Assembly (NCBI GenBank): GCA_008632985.1
Contig: QPGO01000011.1
Coordinates: forward strand, 744,001 to 808,000
DNA from: Psammoneis japonica
Taxonomy: Eukaryota
Direction: 5' to 3'
DNA: 64,000 nt
Shown: positions 59,327-64,000 of the stretch, one piece after another
How the letters are laid out: each line of letters begins with the position of its first letter
Numbering within the stretch: the first letter of the stretch is position 1
Program-made: the position numbers and the translations under genes
Notes under the pieces: generated by a model
What the model was told of the DNA's origin: nothing
What the model saw: the letters and a program-made list of their open reading frames with translations, nothing else
Database searches by the model: none

Positions 59327-62300
59327 ATGAACTTTATAGCTCAGGTGGAGGAACACTTGCGTGATTTAGGCGCTGAAGCACGAAAGAACCATCCAGGTAT
59401 ACGATCTATAGCATCGATCGCATGTTTCGCGTCCTTCAGTATGTGGTATCTTTTTCTCGAATCTCATTCTCTTTTGCATTTTTTCCAACACTGCAGGCGT
59501 CAAGGAAGCTTCCGAACGTGCAATTTTGGTATTGAGGACCTTACAGGGCAAGTATGTGACAGAGGTACGAAAGGCCACAGCCGAGGGAGGTGCGCACCCT
59601 ACCACCGCCCTGTTTCGTTCGCAGGATTTGATTCGACCCTTTTTGCTCGCCGTCAATTATCCCAATGCGTCTGTGGAAATGCTGGATATAAGCTTTCGAG
59701 CGATACGATTGTTGATTGAAGGCAATGCCATTTGTCCCGGAGATGGGATTCATTTGATTCGCGTGTGGACGATTCAAGCACAAGTGTGTGCGGCTCAGTA
59801 CAATACAAAGAAGAACAAATCCAACGTCAATACAGCCATGGCTGCATCGACGCCTACGGCATCCTCGTCATCGTGGTTTGGTGGATTCTTGGGCGGTTCA
59901 TCGAGTAATGTAACACAAGGACCGCAGACAGCCAGAGGAAGTGGTGTAGTGTCGAGCAGTTCAGGACAGCCGGGGACTGTGACTGGCACATCGAAACAGC
60001 ACAAGCGAGATCATGATCGGTTTGCCGTGGAAATGATGGCTTGTTTGGTTATGCTTTTGGAATTACCAGACTTGAATCTGACAGAGGAACAATGGTCTGC
60101 ATCCGTGGCGCTGTGCTGCATTTTGCTGGGCATTGAAACCTCATCGATCGTGCCACAAGCGGCGACGAGTACTCTCAAGGGAGTGTTGTCCATTCTGTAT
60201 CAACAGAACCGCAATAAAAAGACAACGAGCTTGGAGCGAGCGACGTGGATGGACCTTTTACATCTCGCAACTTATCAGCAAGGGAAAAAGACAGACATTA
60301 CTCTCAAGGGCGCTTTTTGCCAATGTACTCTGAACAAGAACGTTGGTGGGTCGGGGCTTAATCCCCCGCCATCGTCAAACTTGTGTTTGGAACTGTTACA
60401 CTTGATACTGCAACAACGACCAGATTTGTTTAGCGTATCCGGAGATGCCAAAGGAGAGGCGTTCACAAGGACGGCCGTTACGCTTATGGACTTGCTACGA
60501 CAAACTCAACAATTTGGGACGTTATGGCGGTTGTTGCAACTTGCGTGTACAATTATACAAACGCAACAGGACGAGTGGACGCCAGCCTGTCGGGAACTAC
60601 TGTTAGAATTAATATATGCCCTTTCTTCTGCGACCGATGCTTGTCGAAATCATGACGACTTTGAGGACGGGTACATTTACACAACCGAGGAAGCGGGAAG
60701 CACCGAGCCAAGTTCTACTGCCACCAAGGACAAACATGGTAGCGCCGGTGTAGCTCGTCGAGGATCAAACGCTCCAATCACAATATCATCCGCCTCGTCC
60801 CCGTCATTGATTCCTGACAAGGTCCTTTGGAAAGCTGCCTTGGTGTTGGAAGTCCTGTACAAACTTTTACAAGAACAAAACAATGTTATATTCGAAAAGG
60901 AGGGAACGCTCGTCGCCTTACTATCAGAGGCTGTGAGCGACTTTTGTACAATTTGTGCAAGCTGTCGTCCCAACATTTTGCAAGTGGTGGATTGTGCCAC
61001 GAGTGGTGAATCGGAACCTCATTTGTTTCATCGTGCTGAGGAATTGGGAAAGGTGAGACAACAATAGCTTTCTCCCAACCATGTCTTTGTTAATGTTGTT
61101 GACACGTTGTTATCTGTGTTGCATTAGACGATGGAAAACGGATCTCTTGCAGACGCAATTATGAAAAGTGCAGCGAATCCAATTACTGGGGATGCCAGCA
61201 CTTCGTCTGCTACAAATGTGACCTTTCCTCCTTGTGACATTGGCGAACCGATTTGGACTGCTTTTCGCTGCATCTTGCTGATATGCCAATCATTAAAAGA
61301 CATGTCAATAACTGACGAAGGTGAAAAGCTTGAGGTCATCGCCTCTGTTATGGATGGAGCTTTTGCTCCCTCCCTTGCGGCGCTGCAACACTACCTTAAA
61401 AGATTTCCGGGCTCCGTGGTTATCGCAAAACATACGTTGCAGGGTTATTCCAATCTCTCTCATGTGGCATTACAAGTCCGTTATGGAACACCACAACAAA
61501 AACAAGCGCTTTTGTCGTCCTTGTGCAAGCTATCCTTGCCCTCGTGGGGTAAGCACGACTCGACAAGGTAAGCAAAAGGTTGTTGTCTTGAATGCCGATG
61601 CTTCTTCACTTCTTCTCATCATTTCTTTTGCTGCTTCCAACAGCCAACTCGAGGATCATCATGCATTTATTCTTCTCTGTCTCTTGAAGATCGTACATAT
61701 AAACGCGGATGACATTCTTTCGGAATGGCATGTGGTTCTTGAGACTTTAGAAGAATTGTCAACCATTAGCATTTCTTCTCCTTTGCTCACAAACGAAGGC
61801 TATCTTGCAGCCTTGGACGTGTCTCATGCTTACGCAAGAATGGCGCCACTTACAGCATGTCTCTCGGATGAATCCTTGGAGTACTTTCTTGACGCACTAG
61901 CAGCAATTTCCAAGTCATCTTCCGTGCCTTCCAGGACGGAACGAACCGCGTCTGACGGGGAGTACGTCATTCCCACGTTAGAGCGACTACCATCGCGGGA
62001 AAACGCTTACGAATCAATGACAGATCGGCGTGGATCGAAAGACGTTGATACCGGAGGTACACCCAAGGGTTCCATTGGTGGAAAACTAATGAATTTGGCC
62101 GGTAGGGCTATGGTAACGGCGGGGATTGGTTCTTCGGATCCCAACGATGATGAAACAGCCGCCGATGTGAATACGGAAGAGATCACGATACCTGTCGACC
62201 AACGAACCAGAAACAGTTTCTTTGACAATTGCAGGCATGATTTCGCGAAAAGAATGAGCGCGAGCATGCGTACAACCAACAATGACGTATTTCAACAACT

Positions 62301-64000
62301 TCCGTTCGCGCTCATTGCTCTAACTGATACGGCAATGTCGAATGTTTTTCGGTTCGATTCCTGTGGCATGCTGGTATCAAGACATTTATGTTCAATGGCG
62401 GACTTGTCGCCGGCGATCCGGTCTTATTCCATGGACACGTTGGTGTTGTTAGTCACCTCTCAAATCGCGAAAGTGAGCAGCATCCCCTCTCGATCGTCAG
62501 GCCCTCGCGTAATCGTTGGTAAAGATCCTCCTAGCAGTGGTTTGTGGGTAGTGAAAGAGACAGATGAGTCGCGTCCGGCTGGTAGCGAGATCGAAGGAGC
62601 TGAAGCGCGTCCCTCACAACATGAGGATCTTCTTTCACCGCTATGTGATTCCATTTCACAAACGAAACGAGCCGACGTTGCGGAAGCTGGTATATCAGCT
62701 CTCCACTCCGTTGTAGAGGGTGTCGGTCATCATTTAGATGGCTTGGCGTGGACTACTGTTATCGATGCAGTTGCGTCCCTCTCGGGCAGCTCACCAAGCA
62801 GTCGATCGGCACCAGAATGGTCAACTTGTTGTACGCTTGCGTTTCGCTGCGTGAAATTGATAGTTGACGATTTTCTGAACAATTTGCCCCCTCCATCTGA
62901 TTCATCATCCTCCATGGGAGCTCGTGCAGCCCTTCTTGATTGCTGCTCTTCGTTTGGAAGTTCACGGCACGACGTGAACACTTCCTTGACCGCTATTGGA
63001 ATGTTGTGGACAATCGCAGACCAGGATCCGGATCCGAAATCAATCGACGTAAGTGCCAGCAAATCTCGGGACATCGTTTCGCGTACGTCGTTCCGTCATC
63101 TAACGTGTATTCTTTGTTTCGCTATCCTAGCACGCTTTTTCAAGATTGGTTCTTCTTTCTTGCGACAGTCGCCCAGAGGTACGTTATTTTCGTAGTACCT
63201 TACACTCTTGATGCTTGATACTGGTTCTCTTATAGTTCACCTGGCTGCTTGACTTCTCTACAGGTCCGCAACTGCGCTGTGAATACACTCTTTTCTTGTA
63301 TTGTTGGTCGAGGGCAATTCTCTGCAGAACGATGGAAGTCAATATTATCCGAGACAATATTTGGTGTCTTTGATCAGATTCTTTTGCGAGGTGAAGGCGG
63401 AGTTATCGGAACCGACGACGATGCACAACATGAATCTGAGCAAAAATCACGATACAAAGTCTCCGTTCACCACTCCAGGGATTCTGCTGACAAACAGTGG
63501 GCTACAACACAGGTAATGGCTTTGCGAGGTCTGAGTCGAGTAATTCGAAGTTTCTTCCTGCAGCTGCTGGTTACAACGGAAAGCGCGAATACAATCAATA
63601 TCGATGCGAAAGATCCTTGGTTTTGGTTTGCTTGGTTGCGAATCTTAGAGTTTGGTTCTTCATCAACAGCACAAGTAGGAGGTAGAGAAACGCTCGAGGT
63701 ACGCAAAGCTGGTGTCGACTTACTCATACTCTGCAGCCAATTGTCTTGCAAAGGGGGGATCGCGGCAGCGACAACACCTGCTCGTGTGGGGACCAATATG
63801 GAAGTGGTGAATGGTGCGCTTCGAAGTGTGCGGGCTACAAATGCACCTACAACACAAGATCGAGAGAGCCATAGCATACAAACGTCTGAAGTCGTTTTGG
63901 AATGGCGTAGGAAGCTCTTTCAGGCGAGCTTCGAGTCTCTCGAGAGACTTGCAGAGCAGTTAAGAAATGCTGCTGCCCATGCCGATGAAGACGAAAGTTC
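59327..64000 (+). CDS. MON2: MON2 homolog (Sec7-family-related scaffold); 3' end runs off the window; introns 59397-59496, 61053-61127, 61568-61643, 63049-63130, 63179-63263
   Basis: N-terminal DCB-like LRDLGAEARKNHPGVKEASERAI..LIRPFLLA; Mon2_C motifs AFRCVKLIVDDFL, DVNTSLTAIGMLWTIAD and DSRPEVRNCAVNTLF. All five GT-AG introns restore the frame. Confidence 0.88.

Noticed and set aside
1..64000. tRNA/rRNA genes, or the gene for the putative mutator enzyme
   Set aside because: No RNA gene recognised by eye, and no deaminase (HxE..PCxxC), methyltransferase or polymerase motif seen in the host genes. The adjacent YjjX-like ITPase is thematically related to inosine but nothing links it to the process.

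Overview
Eukaryotic nuclear DNA with short GT-AG introns, most likely a diatom (CoDi-type Ty1/copia element, RXL-motif secreted protein, WRKY19-like and helicase-associated-domain proteins). There is one N-gap at 56639-56791. About 18 host genes are present: a head-to-head pair of VTC (polyphosphate) genes, an HRD1-like E3 ligase, an alpha/beta hydrolase, a START-like protein, a YjjX-like ITPase, an SDR, a CE2-like esterase, MON2 and several unknowns. They are interleaved with sharply bounded islands almost devoid of the dinucleotide TpA. The most striking signal is an apparent repeat-associated, DNA-level hypermutation TpA->CpA/TpG (A->G in TpA context on either strand), the reverse direction of fungal RIP. 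It is best read in a full-length 7.2-kb copia element (14557-21783): its two 233-bp LTRs differ at 20 positions, all transitions, mostly at TA/CG/TG/CA sites, and the conserved Tyr residues of its RT/RNase H are replaced by His or Cys (YVDD->HVDD). The process extends beyond the element into an adjacent host SDR gene (catalytic Tyr->Cys). Other islands have lost both TpA and CpG. Several 1-bp frameshifts in homopolymers of otherwise intact genes look like assembly errors. All family assignments are from motif recognition by eye; no searches were run.
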